Origin: an uncultured Pelagibacteraceae bacterium
GTDB lineage: Bacteria > Pseudomonadota > Alphaproteobacteria > Pelagibacterales > Pelagibacteraceae
NCBI GenBank assembly: GCA_902570525.1
Contig: CACFYN010000004.1
Coordinates: forward strand, 2,664-66,663
Direction: 5' to 3'
DNA: 64,000 nucleotides
Under the pieces are notes generated by a model. That model was not told the origin of the DNA. It was given only the letters and a program-made list of their open reading frames with translations, and searched no databases. Each line of letters opens with the position of its first letter. The stretch's first letter is position 1. The position numbers were made by a program, and so were the translations under genes. This document shows positions 20,174-29,834 of the stretch, piece by piece.

Positions 20174-22206
20174 TTAATTCTTTTTTGATATCTCAGCCAA
20201 CCAGGGCTTCTTGTACCCTCTTCAACTTCAAAATCTTGATTAAATTCAAAATTTTCTACATGATTTTCGTTATCATCTGTGAAAGCATTTTTTTCAATAA
20301 ACTTTTCAGGTAACTCCTCTATAAACCTTGATGCCATACTATCAATCCAATCTCCTTGGTAAAATCTGTTCATTGAAAATGAGATATATGCTTTTTTCTT
20401 TGCTCTAGTAATACCGACATAAGCAAGCCTTCTTTCTTCTTCTAGGCCCTTGTCCCCCTTTTCCTCCATAGATTTTTGATGTGGAAATAAACCTTCTTCC
20501 CACCCAGGTAAAAAAACTACCTCAAATTCTAATCCTTTAGAGGCATGCATAGTCATCAAATTAATTTTTTGACCATCCCAGTCTTGGTCGATAGATGTAG
20601 CCAAAGATACATGTTCTAAAAAACTTTCTAAATTATCAAATTCTTTCATAGCACCGAGAAGTTCTTTAATATTTTCTAATCTGTTTTCATTTTCTAGATC
20701 TTTTTTATTTTTGAGCATTGAAGAATATCCTGACTCATCCAAAATTGTTTGTAAAAGTTTTACATGATGAGTATTCTTAAATTTATAATCATTACTCCAT
20801 TTATTTAAAAAATTTAAAAAGTTACTTAAACCAACTTTTGCTTTTGGTTTTATTCCGTTAATTTCAATAAGTTTTTTTGACGAAGATACGAGGGAAAGAG
20901 AATTTTTTTTTGAGAAATCATGTATTAATTTTACAGTACTTTCACCTATTGATCTTTTAGGATTATTGATAATTCTTTCAAATGCTAAGTCGTCCTTTTC
21001 TTGATAAACTAATCTGAGGTAAGCGATGCAATCTTTAATCTCTGCTCTTTCATAAAATTTTGTACCACCTATTATTCTATATGGTAATCCAATCTTTAAA
21101 AATCTTTCCTCAAATTCCCTAGTCTGAAATATTGCTCTTACTAGAATGGTAATTTGATTTAGTGAAAAATTTTTTTTAAGGTTTTTTTCAATCTCATCAC
21201 TCAATCCAACCGCTTCCTCTTTTCCATTTCTATAACAATTCAGTTTTATTAAGTCACCGTTTACTGAATTAGTTTTTAGAGTTTTACCAACTCTTTTTTT
21301 ATTATTCGAAATTAATTCTGAAGCAACAGAAAGAATATTTTGAGTCGATCTATAATTTTCTTCAAGCCTGATTACTTTTGTATTTTCATAAATCTTATCA
21401 AATTCAAGAAAATTTTTTATTTCTGCTCCCCTCCAACTATAAATAGATTGATCATCATCACCAACACAACAAATATTTTTATTTGATTTTGCAAGTATGT
21501 TAAGCCATCTACTTTGAATGTAATTTGTATCCTGATACTCATCTACAAGTATATACTTAAAGTTTTTTGTGTAAATTTCACAAATATCTTTATTTTTTTC
21601 TAAGATTTTTACACAATGTAAAATAAGATCACCAAAATCACAGCAATTTAAATCAATTAATTTCTTTTGGTAAATTACATAAACAGGGAGAATAGTTTTT
21701 TCGAAGATATCTTTTTTATTTAAAATAACCTCATCAGGAAACCAACCTTTGTTTTTCCATTTGTCAATTATTGCCAATATAAACCTTGGAGAAAGCTTTT
21801 TAGAGTCGATATTTTCTGACTTACATATATTTTTAATAAGCCTGATTTGATCATCGGTATCTAAAATTGTAAAATTTGAGTTTAAACCTGCGGCCTTTGC
21901 ATGTTTTCTTAAAATTTTTGCACAAATCGAGTGAAATGTACCGAGCCAGGATAGTCCTACGGCTTCAGATTTTAGTATCTTACTAACTCTGAAGTGCATT
22001 TCCTTTGCTGCTTTGTTTGTAAAAGTGACTGATAAAATTTGATTTGGAAAAGCTTTTTTATTTTTTATGATATAAGCAATTCTAGAGGTAAGAACCTTAG
22101 TTTTACCGGACCCCGCTCCGGCTACAACTAAAACAGGTCCTTCAGTGTTAATTACAGCCTCTTTTTGTGCTGGATTTAGGTTTTTTAAATATTCAAAGTT
22201 TATCAT
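20170..22206 (-). CDS. uvrD: ATP-dependent DNA helicase UvrD/PcrA
   Basis: 'AGAGSGKT', 'VDEYQDTN', 'NYRS', 'MHASKGLEF', 'YVGITRA'. Confidence 0.95.
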   Translation of the reverse strand: MINFEYLKNLNPAQKEAVINTEGPVLVVAGAGSGKTKVLTSRIAYIIKNKKAFPNQILSVTFTNKAAKEMHFRVSKILKSEAVGLSWLGTFHSICAKILRKHAKAAGLNSNFTILDTDDQIRLIKNICKSENIDSKKLSPRFILAIIDKWKNKGWFPDEVILNKKDIFEKTILPVYVIYQKKLIDLNCCDFGDLILHCVKILEKNKDICEIYTKNFKYILVDEYQDTNYIQSRWLNILAKSNKNICCVGDDDQSIYSWRGAEIKNFLEFDKIYENTKVIRLEENYRSTQNILSVASELISNNKKRVGKTLKTNSVNGDLIKLNCYRNGKEEAVGLSDEIEKNLKKNFSLNQITILVRAIFQTREFEERFLKIGLPYRIIGGTKFYERAEIKDCIAYLRLVYQEKDDLAFERIINNPKRSIGESTVKLIHDFSKKNSLSLVSSSKKLIEINGIKPKAKVGLSNFLNFLNKWSNDYKFKNTHHVKLLQTILDESGYSSMLKNKKDLENENRLENIKELLGAMKEFDNLESFLEHVSLATSIDQDWDGQKINLMTMHASKGLEFEVVFLPGWEEGLFPHQKSMEEKGDKGLEEERRLAYVGITRAKKKAYISFSMNRFYQGDWIDSMASRFIEELPEKFIEKNAFTDDNENHVENFEFNQDFEVEEGTRSPGWLRYQKRIK

Positions 22207-22239
22207 TTACAAATTATCATTATAAATCAAATAAATTTA

Positions 22240-23688
22240 ATGAAAAAAATAAATTTTAATTTTAAACATAATTTAAAGACAGGGATATTTGGCCTATCTG
22301 CAGTTTTTTTTTTATATTTACTATATTTATCAATACCAAGTTTATACGATACTGGAAGAGTCCAAAAAGCCCTTTATGAGGGTTTATCCGATGAAACAGG
22401 ATTAAATTTAAGCTTATCAAGCAATATAAATTATAGAATTTTACCAGCTCCTCACTTTTTTATTAAAGATGCCAAAATTTTCTATGATAAGCAGGACGTG
22501 TCTAATGAAATAGCAGAAATTAAAAATTTACGAGTTTTTATTAAACAAAAAAATTTATTTGACAGAGATAGTTTAATTATCAAAAAAGTAGTTATGTCAA
22601 ATGCAAATTTTTTTGTTAAAAGACAAAATATTGATTTAATTAAAAACTTACTTGCAAATCCATTTTCAGAGAAAAAAATTTCCATCAGAAAAAGTAAATT
22701 TTTTTTTAACGATAAAAAAAATAACATAGTTTTTATATATTCAATTAATGATTTGATTTTTTTTAAAGATCCAAAGGAAAATAATAAAGTATTAAAAACA
22801 AATGGAAATATATTTAAAATACCGATTAAATTTGAATGGATTAAAAATTTAGATAATAAAAATACATCGTCAACTTTCAAAGCAAGTAAAATTGATATTG
22901 ATTTCACAAATAGAGGAAATTTATTTAATGGTAATTACATTTTTGAAAATAATTTAAATATTTTATCTAACAATTTCAAAACTCAATATAGAATTGAAGA
23001 AGAGGTAATCAAGATTAATTCTAAAAAATCATTTATTAAAAATACACCAATTAGCTTTGAGGGGTTAATTGAATTATCTCCCTTTAATTTTATTATAAAT
23101 ATAAATGCTAAAGATATCGATTTAGGGTATTTTTTTAATAATACAATTTTTTTAAATAATTTGCTTTTATCTAATATCCTTTCAAATGATAATTTAAATG
23201 GCAAGATTAAAATTAAAACAGATAAGATCTATAAAAGCAAAATATTTAATAATGGAGAATTTAATATAAATTTTGAAGAAGGTAGTTTTAATTTTAACGA
23301 CTCTTTTATTTCTAATGAAGAATTTTCAAAATTGCATTTAATTCAAAGTTCTTTCCTAAATGAAAATGAAAAAATATATTTGCTTGGCTCCTTAGAACTC
23401 GACATATACGATATTAATCAATTTTATAGAATATTCCCGATCAAAAAAAGTAAAAAGCTTAAAAAAGAATTTAAAAAAATTAAATTTAATTTTTCTTTTA
23501 ATTTATCTAACTCTCAATTTTTAATTGATAAAATATCTTTTATTGGGAAAAATAATAAAGTAACACAGTCTCAAAATGTAGATAATATTGTTGAGGACAA
23601 TTATAAAACAAGTTTTAGTTTATCTAACTCTATACTTTTTAAAAATTTTATAAAAAATGTTTTAGTTGCCTATTTAGATGAGGGGTAA
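22240..23688 (+). CDS. AsmA-like membrane-anchored periplasmic protein
   Basis: N-terminal TM anchor, 'INYRILPAPHF' AsmA-like segment, beta-rich body. Confidence 0.5.
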   Translation: MKKINFNFKHNLKTGIFGLSAVFFLYLLYLSIPSLYDTGRVQKALYEGLSDETGLNLSLSSNINYRILPAPHFFIKDAKIFYDKQDVSNEIAEIKNLRVFIKQKNLFDRDSLIIKKVVMSNANFFVKRQNIDLIKNLLANPFSEKKISIRKSKFFFNDKKNNIVFIYSINDLIFFKDPKENNKVLKTNGNIFKIPIKFEWIKNLDNKNTSSTFKASKIDIDFTNRGNLFNGNYIFENNLNILSNNFKTQYRIEEEVIKINSKKSFIKNTPISFEGLIELSPFNFIININAKDIDLGYFFNNTIFLNNLLLSNILSNDNLNGKIKIKTDKIYKSKIFNNGEFNINFEEGSFNFNDSFISNEEFSKLHLIQSSFLNENEKIYLLGSLELDIYDINQFYRIFPIKKSKKLKKEFKKIKFNFSFNLSNSQFLIDKISFIGKNNKVTQSQNVDNIVEDNYKTSFSLSNSILFKNFIKNVLVAYLDEG

Positions 23689-25064
23689 ATCATTTTTTTT
23701 GGATCAACTATCTCATCGTATTCTTTTTCTCTAATGAGATCTGTCTTAAGAGCCTCTTCTTTTAAAGATGTATTATTTTTTAAGGCTCTTTTTGCGATTT
23801 TTGCAGCATTATCATAACCAATTTTTGGAGTCAGTGCCGTAACTAGCATTAATGAATTATTTAGTAGATCTTTAATTTTTTTTTTGTTGGCTTTAATATT
23901 TTTAACGCAAAAATTCGAAAAATTTTTTGAACTATCAGCCAACAAATCTATAGATTGAATTACATTGTGAGCAATTAAGGGTTTAAATACGTTCAATTGA
24001 AAATGTCCATGAGTTCCAGCAACAGTAATTCCTGTATGATTACCAATTACTTTTGTACAAACCATTGTTATAGCTTCACATTGTGTTGGGTTTACTTTGC
24101 CTGGCATTATAGATGAGCCAGCCTCATTCTCTGGTAATATTAACTCTGAGTATCCAGCTCTGGGTCCAGAACCAAGAAACCTTATATCATTTGCAATTTT
24201 CATCAAACAAACCGCTGTAGTATTTAATGATCCAGAAAAATTTACTATAGGGTCGTGTGAAGCAAGTGCTGCGAATTTATTTTTAGTTATTTTAAAAGGT
24301 AATTTTGTTAATTTCGAAATTTCTTTTACAATTTTTTTGTCAAAATTTTTTGAGGTATTTATTCCAGTTCCAACTGCTGTACCGCCTTGAGCAAGAAAAA
24401 AAATTTCGTTTAAAGATAATTTAATTCTTTTAATTGAATCTTCCAGTTGTGATTGATAGCCAGAAAATTCTTGTCCAAGTGAAATTGGAGTAGCATCCTG
24501 AAGATGAGTTCTGCCGATTTTAATAATTTTATTAAATTCTTTTACTTTATGTTTCAAAGTTTTGTTTAACAATTCAAGACTTGGAATCAGTTTATTAATT
24601 GTCTTCGATGCAACGGCAATATGAATAGCAGTTGGGAATACATCATTTGTAGACTGCGATTTGTTAACGTGGTCATTTGGATGGACTGGTTTTTTGGTGC
24701 CCTTTTTTCCTTTTAGGATTTCTATTGCTCTATTAGAAATAACCTCATTGACATTCATATTAGTTTGCGTGCCGGAACCTGTTTGCCAAACTTTAAGAGG
24801 GAAGTTGTCATTTAATTTTCCTGAAATCACCTCATTTGAGGCCTTGATAATTGCAGCTGCAATTTTCTTATCAATTTTTTTATCTTTAAGATGAACTATA
24901 GCGGCTGATTTTTTGATAATTCCTATAGATTTAATTATTACCGAATTAATCAAAATATTGCCTACATTAAAAAATTTTTTCGACCTTTCTGTTGAAGCTC
25001 CCCAATATTTATCCACAGGAACTCTTATATTTCCTATGCTATCATATTCTTTTCTTGTTTTCAT
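23670..25064 (-). CDS. fumC: Class II fumarate hydratase
   Basis: 'WQTGSGTQTNMN', 'GSSIMPGKVNPTQCE'. Confidence 0.97.
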   Translation of the reverse strand: MKTRKEYDSIGNIRVPVDKYWGASTERSKKFFNVGNILINSVIIKSIGIIKKSAAIVHLKDKKIDKKIAAAIIKASNEVISGKLNDNFPLKVWQTGSGTQTNMNVNEVISNRAIEILKGKKGTKKPVHPNDHVNKSQSTNDVFPTAIHIAVASKTINKLIPSLELLNKTLKHKVKEFNKIIKIGRTHLQDATPISLGQEFSGYQSQLEDSIKRIKLSLNEIFFLAQGGTAVGTGINTSKNFDKKIVKEISKLTKLPFKITKNKFAALASHDPIVNFSGSLNTTAVCLMKIANDIRFLGSGPRAGYSELILPENEAGSSIMPGKVNPTQCEAITMVCTKVIGNHTGITVAGTHGHFQLNVFKPLIAHNVIQSIDLLADSSKNFSNFCVKNIKANKKKIKDLLNNSLMLVTALTPKIGYDNAAKIAKRALKNNTSLKEEALKTDLIREKEYDEIVDPKKMIYPSSK

Positions 25065-25125
25065 AAACTTTGTTTGGGATCATAATCTTATACATTATGT
25101 TTTAAAAGAATCAAATAGGAGCGTT

Positions 25126-25497
25126 ATGACAAATTTTGAAAAAGTGGGATTGTTTATGAAAACCTTTGGTCAAGAGGTAAAATCTAAGCCAGGTTTAAGT
25201 AATATGAAAATAAATAATCTTAGAATTGATCTTATCGAGGAAGAATTGAAAGAATTAAAATATGCGATTCAAACTAATGATCTTAAAGAGACTGCAGATG
25301 CTTTGACAGATATTTTATATGTGACTTATGGTGCTGGTCATGCGTTCGGTATTAATTTGGACAAGTGTTTCAATGAGGTTCAAAAATCAAATATGAGTAA
25401 ATTATCAGCAGACGGAAAACCGATATATAATGATAAAGGAAAAGTAATGAAAGGTCCAGATTACTTTAAACCAGATTTAAACAAATTTTTAAAATAA
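25126..25497 (+). CDS. All-alpha NTP pyrophosphohydrolase (MazG-like / PRA-PH family)
   Basis: ATG 25126 follows AGGAG (the ORF-track start overlaps fumC); 'LIEEELKEL', 'DALTDILYVTYG', 'SNMSKL', 'GKVMKG'. Confidence 0.85.
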   Translation: MTNFEKVGLFMKTFGQEVKSKPGLSNMKINNLRIDLIEEELKELKYAIQTNDLKETADALTDILYVTYGAGHAFGINLDKCFNEVQKSNMSKLSADGKPIYNDKGKVMKGPDYFKPDLNKFLK

Positions 25498-26250
25498 TTA
25501 TTTTACTTTCAAAAAAGCAATGTCTGAGTCTTTTGTATTTCCTTTGTAGACATAAATTTTTTCAATAGTTTCAAATAAATATTTTTGTTCAGATTTTGAT
25601 AAGATATCGGATTTAAAATATTTTTTTTGTTTAATATTTTTTAAAATTTCATCAATATAAATCTCTTTATTGTTGGAATCATTTAGATATTTATAATATT
25701 TTGGTAAATTAAAATCTTCTATTATATAAAATCCACTTCGTTCAACATATTTAGTAAAAATAATAATATTTTTAATTATATGTGTAAGAATATGTGATCC
25801 ATCATCAATTATAATTTTAAATTTTTTTCCATAAATTTTATTACTAAGTTGTTCTAGACCTCTTTTAGTACTTATATCACATTGAATAAAATTAATATTT
25901 TTTGACTTATATTTAAATTTAAAGTTTTTATCTATGCCAAATATTTTTGCATTAGGAAAAAATTTACAAAATGATGCAGTCGATGCACCAAACCATGTAC
26001 CTATTTCTAATAGATTAAAGTTGGTATTTTTTAAAAAATTAAAATGATTTTCATAAAATTTAGAATACCCATGTCCTATAAAAATATCTAAGTTTTTATT
26101 ATACTGATTTCTTACTCTTTTAGCTTTATCGGTTCCATAATAAGTAAATAATTCATCTAAATTTTGATAAGTTAATTCCTCTTTGTCTATATTAATTTTT
26201 TTTTTAAAAATAAAAGCTACTCTTTTATAAAAATAAGTTAATAATTTCAT
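25498..26250 (-). CDS. Class I SAM-dependent (sugar O-)methyltransferase
   Basis: 'YGTDKA', 'HGYSKFYE', 'LLEIG', 'IIIDDGSH', 'YIIED'. Confidence 0.75.
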   Translation of the reverse strand: MKLLTYFYKRVAFIFKKKINIDKEELTYQNLDELFTYYGTDKAKRVRNQYNKNLDIFIGHGYSKFYENHFNFLKNTNFNLLEIGTWFGASTASFCKFFPNAKIFGIDKNFKFKYKSKNINFIQCDISTKRGLEQLSNKIYGKKFKIIIDDGSHILTHIIKNIIIFTKYVERSGFYIIEDFNLPKYYKYLNDSNNKEIYIDEILKNIKQKKYFKSDILSKSEQKYLFETIEKIYVYKGNTKDSDIAFLKVK

Positions 26251-26320
26251 TTACTATTCTGATATTTTTTATACTAAAGAATTAATTTATACTATTTTTT
26301 TTATCTCTGAGTCTAACTCT

Positions 26321-27061
26321 TTATGATTTAAAAAATAATTCGATATCTTCATCTAAAGGATTATTTCTCATATCAAGTTCATGTGGAAGTGTAGGTTCAT
26401 CACCAATAATAATTGGATTTCTTTCAAATGTTAATTCAATAACAGTTGGATCTCCAAAATTATCTTTAGGAGCAGAATTATTTGGATGAATATGAATTAA
26501 ATCTAAATTTAATTTACTACAAAAGTCTTGGATAGTATTTTTATGATAATCAAAATCATGAAACTCAATAACAATTCCATTAATTTTATTTTGATTTTTA
26601 ATTATTTCTTCTAGTATCCTATATTCTGAACCTTCTATATCTATTTTTAAGAAGATATCATCGTCTGTTTGAGAACTTTTTATAATTTTATTTAAATCAT
26701 TATAAAAAATTTTTTTTTGGTAAAAATTAATTTTTTTTTTTATAATTAAAAAATCAATTATATTTTTGAAGTATTTAAAAAAATAAAATCTACGATGGTA
26801 AGGTAAAAATAATAATTCAATTATTAATTTTTTAAGTAAATATTTTAATATATTTTTATCATCGTAACATTTTATGTTACATTTAGGATTTTGAGTTTTA
26901 AAGTCTTTTTCAAATTGCCAATTATCATTAATACCAAAACTAATTAAGATTTTAGACTTTAATAGTGAGTTTACACCAACCAGATATCCTCCGTCATTAT
27001 TTCCACCTAATCTGGATAATTTATAATTTTTTTTTGGTTTAAATATTTGTTCTATTGTCAT
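26321..27061 (-). CDS. FkbM/Methyltransf_22-like methyltransferase
   Basis: 'RLGGNNDGGY', 'SFGINDNWQFE', 'LKIDIEGSEY', 'IEFH', 'HIHPNN'. Confidence 0.75.
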   Translation of the reverse strand: MTIEQIFKPKKNYKLSRLGGNNDGGYLVGVNSLLKSKILISFGINDNWQFEKDFKTQNPKCNIKCYDDKNILKYLLKKLIIELLFLPYHRRFYFFKYFKNIIDFLIIKKKINFYQKKIFYNDLNKIIKSSQTDDDIFLKIDIEGSEYRILEEIIKNQNKINGIVIEFHDFDYHKNTIQDFCSKLNLDLIHIHPNNSAPKDNFGDPTVIELTFERNPIIIGDEPTLPHELDMRNNPLDEDIELFFKS

Positions 27062-27072
27062 AATTTATTTTG

Positions 27073-27089
27073 GAGTGGAGCTTTCTGTT
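27073..27089 (-). repeat. Degenerate third copy of the ssrA 3'-end sequence (possible older att scar)
   Basis: GAGTGGAGCTTTCTGTT matches 30075-30091 GAGAGGGGCGTTCTGTT at 14/17 positions. Confidence 0.45.
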
Positions 27090-27191
27090 TCTCGTCCCAT
27101 GATTAATAATATTCTAAATATAACTTTTTTTCAAAAACTTCGTGCTGTTCCTAATTTCAAAATAGAGTTGAATTAAAAGTTTCCTTTGTTA

Positions 27192-27217
27192 AGGGGCGTT
27201 CTGTTGCCAGGTGCCCC
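27192..27217 (-). repeat. Distal att-like direct repeat (duplicated 3' end of ssrA)
   Basis: AGGGGCGTTCTGTTGCCAGGTGCCCC is identical to 30078-30103; the match extends to 29/30 with the following (G/A)AAC. Confidence 0.92.
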
Positions 27218-27275
27218 GAACTTTCTAACGTTATTCGGGAATAATTTTAATTGAAAAGTCTAAAATTTGCTGCTC

Positions 27276-27293
27276 AGTGCGGTAATAGTGCGC
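27276..27293 (+). promoter_or_regulatory. Tandem AGTGCG(G/C) boxes, putative integrase arm-type sites (left end)
   Basis: AGTGCGG (27276-27282) and AGTGCGC (27287-27293), 11-bp period, 58 bp from the core repeat. Confidence 0.6.
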
Positions 27294-27297
27294 CCAA

Positions 27298-29172
27298 TTA
27301 TTCATCAATTATATTTTCAAAATTTTTATATCTTTCTGATAAATTAATAATGATTAATTTTTCTCTCACTCTTGTCATTGATGTGTACATCTTAAAGTCA
27401 AAATTTTTATCAGTTTTATACGGAATTAATATTATGATGTTTCTTCTTTCCCATCCTTTAAAACTATTGATAGTTGACATCTTTAATCTTCTATCACTAT
27501 CAAAAACATTAAAAATTTTTTTAGCATCTCTTTGCCTATCAGGATTTTTACTGAATATGTCAGAAATTTTTAAATTTTTATTTTTGAAATATTCTAAAAT
27601 ATGTTCTCTTAAATTAATTCCTTCGTCATGATCTGGAACAAGTATGGCAGTGTCAGAAAAGTCTAATTTTTGATTTTTGTCTAAATGATTTAACATTTCA
27701 CAAACCATATCTCTTGATTCAACAATATTATTCACATTTATCCATTTAGAAAGTGAATTAGGTTCAAAGGGGAGTGTATGTTGAGTATTAGTTTCTATAA
27801 TTGGATTTTCTTCGTCAGATTTAAAATCAGTCAGAAATTCATTAGAAAATTTATTTACTAAATTAATATGTTCATTTAATAGCCTATAACCCTTATTCAA
27901 TACACCCCAACGACCTGAACCAACTCCTGATATTTTAAATTTTTTGATTGAATATATATTTTGTTTGTCGTCAAATGCTATTAGCATTTCTCCATTTTGA
28001 CTTAAAAAATTTCTCAATAATTTAAACCATGTTTCTTTGAAATCTTGACCCTCATCAATTATAATTGCATCATAATTAGCGCTTAAGTTTCTATTTTCTA
28101 TTTTATCTCTAATAATTTTTTCTTTTTCTAATTCATCATTTTTTTGCATTGAACCTTCATCAGGATATTCAATATTTCTAAACTCTCTATATGCTTTACA
28201 AAAATCATGAAAATAAAAAATGTCTATATTTGTAGGATCAAAGTCGTATTTGGTACCTTCAATTTCTTTTTTTAAGTAGTTTTTTAAAGTTATATTATAG
28301 CAAATTACTAAAATTTTTTTTCCTAATTTTGCAAGACTAGCGGCTCTGATTGCTATGACTCGAGTTTTACCACTCCCAGCTACACCAGATAATTTTTGAA
28401 TAACACCTGGACGAGATATTATATATCTTTTTTGTTTATCATTTAAATCTCTCTCTGAAATTAAATTTTGGCCTTCAGAAATATGAAGAGGTGGTGAAAT
28501 CCAATTTTTAAATTTTGACAACCAATCTGTATTTGAATGGATTTTAATATTATTATTTATTAATGGTATAAATTGTTCAATTTTAACATTTTTATCTAAC
28601 ATATCTCTTCCAAAGACTGTACAACGATCAGGATTAAAATATTTAGGAATTCCAACAAAAGATTTTGCTTTTTGAGAAGAAATTATATTATGAAAATACA
28701 ATCCCGATTTTATTAATATATTTTTTCTTTTATCATTAAATATCTCTTCTTGAATTTCGTGAATCCCATCTATCATTCTTAATCTATATCCATCGGCTTT
28801 GTATACTGGGTTTATATTTGAAGTCCTTGTACCTTTTTCATCTTCAATAAAAACTTCCCATATCTTTTTTCCCTTTCTATTAATTTTTTCGCCACTTTTA
28901 TATTTCGGAAGATCTATCTGCCAATCTTTAATTTCAATTATCATTATTCCATGTCTTTTATTTGCAATAACAACATCGGGTGTCTGAGGACAAATATTTG
29001 AACCCCAGCGATTTCTTAATTCCGGTTTAGTATGAATAACCCATTCATTAGGCAATTTTGCATCAAGTTGTTTTGATAAATAATATTCACCTTTAGTGAA
29101 AGGTACTTTTAACTCATTGTTTTCAAATTTTTCTAATATTCCTAATGGAAGAATTCTTTTACTTACAGCCAT
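27298..29172 (-). CDS. NERD nuclease domain fused to a UvrD-like SF1 helicase (candidate defence protein)
   Basis: N-terminal 'GE...PDVVIANKRHGIMIIEIKDW' (PD-(D/E)xK NERD); Walker A 'GVAGSGKT'; Walker B 'IIDEGQDF'; 'TINSFKGWER'; 'YTSMTRVRE'. Confidence 0.85.
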   Translation of the reverse strand: MAVSKRILPLGILEKFENNELKVPFTKGEYYLSKQLDAKLPNEWVIHTKPELRNRWGSNICPQTPDVVIANKRHGIMIIEIKDWQIDLPKYKSGEKINRKGKKIWEVFIEDEKGTRTSNINPVYKADGYRLRMIDGIHEIQEEIFNDKRKNILIKSGLYFHNIISSQKAKSFVGIPKYFNPDRCTVFGRDMLDKNVKIEQFIPLINNNIKIHSNTDWLSKFKNWISPPLHISEGQNLISERDLNDKQKRYIISRPGVIQKLSGVAGSGKTRVIAIRAASLAKLGKKILVICYNITLKNYLKKEIEGTKYDFDPTNIDIFYFHDFCKAYREFRNIEYPDEGSMQKNDELEKEKIIRDKIENRNLSANYDAIIIDEGQDFKETWFKLLRNFLSQNGEMLIAFDDKQNIYSIKKFKISGVGSGRWGVLNKGYRLLNEHINLVNKFSNEFLTDFKSDEENPIIETNTQHTLPFEPNSLSKWINVNNIVESRDMVCEMLNHLDKNQKLDFSDTAILVPDHDEGINLREHILEYFKNKNLKISDIFSKNPDRQRDAKKIFNVFDSDRRLKMSTINSFKGWERRNIIILIPYKTDKNFDFKMYTSMTRVREKLIIINLSERYKNFENIIDE

Positions 29173-29222
29173 ATTATCATCATATTTGACTTATAATATT
29201 TTGTCATTTATAGAATTCTCGA

Positions 29223-29783
29223 ATGCTAAAATACATAAAATTTAGTCCTTACCTTTCATCGTTTGCACATTACACAACTACAATACCTCAGAAGTGGGTT
29301 AGCGATATTAAATATGTTGAATTTGATGAATTGCTTTCATCTTCGGTAGGAGCACTTGCTTTAGTTTTTAGATGGAAAGACTCCGAAAAAAATGAATTTA
29401 CAGAAATAGCTTCAGGAATGTTATCTTCAAGTTATGTTTATGGAGATCCTGTAGGAACAATTGCATCAATTGCAGCTCTTGGATATTCATATTCAAAAAC
29501 TAAAAATGAAGAAAGTTTCAGAAAATTCAAATGGGCAACTATAAGAGGTGCCACAGGAGTTGCTGCTTTTGCTTTATCTACAAAATTAATATCCATAACT
29601 ATTCTTAATGTTTTAATTGGAATTTGCGCAGCTGCTGTTGTTAGAAAAGTTGTAGGAATTTTAAGATTATGGGAATATAGACATTTTTTAAAAAATTTAA
29701 AAAAATATATACCTGTTCTTAAAAAAGAAATGTCGAGGAGAGAGTTCATTACTTTAAAAATGTTTACTTTCAAAAATGCTTGA
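29223..29783 (+). CDS. Hypothetical membrane protein (island cargo)
   Basis: 186-aa ORF with several Gly/Ala-rich hydrophobic helices; divergent from the helicase gene. Confidence 0.65.
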   Translation: MLKYIKFSPYLSSFAHYTTTIPQKWVSDIKYVEFDELLSSSVGALALVFRWKDSEKNEFTEIASGMLSSSYVYGDPVGTIASIAALGYSYSKTKNEESFRKFKWATIRGATGVAAFALSTKLISITILNVLIGICAAAVVRKVVGILRLWEYRHFLKNLKKYIPVLKKEMSRREFITLKMFTFKNA

Positions 29784-29834
29784 AGCATTAATTATTATCG
29801 AAATAGCAGCTTTAGCATGGTATCTTTCAAATAA

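Noticed and set aside
24913-25125. N-terminal extension of the NTP pyrophosphohydrolase ORF in the ORF track
   Set aside because: It overlaps fumC on the opposite strand; ATG 25126 with an AGGAG RBS is the credible start.
27251-27631. 126-aa plus-strand ORF in the island
   Set aside because: Antisense shadow of the helicase gene that also runs through the end motifs; no recognisable domain and not an integrase fragment.
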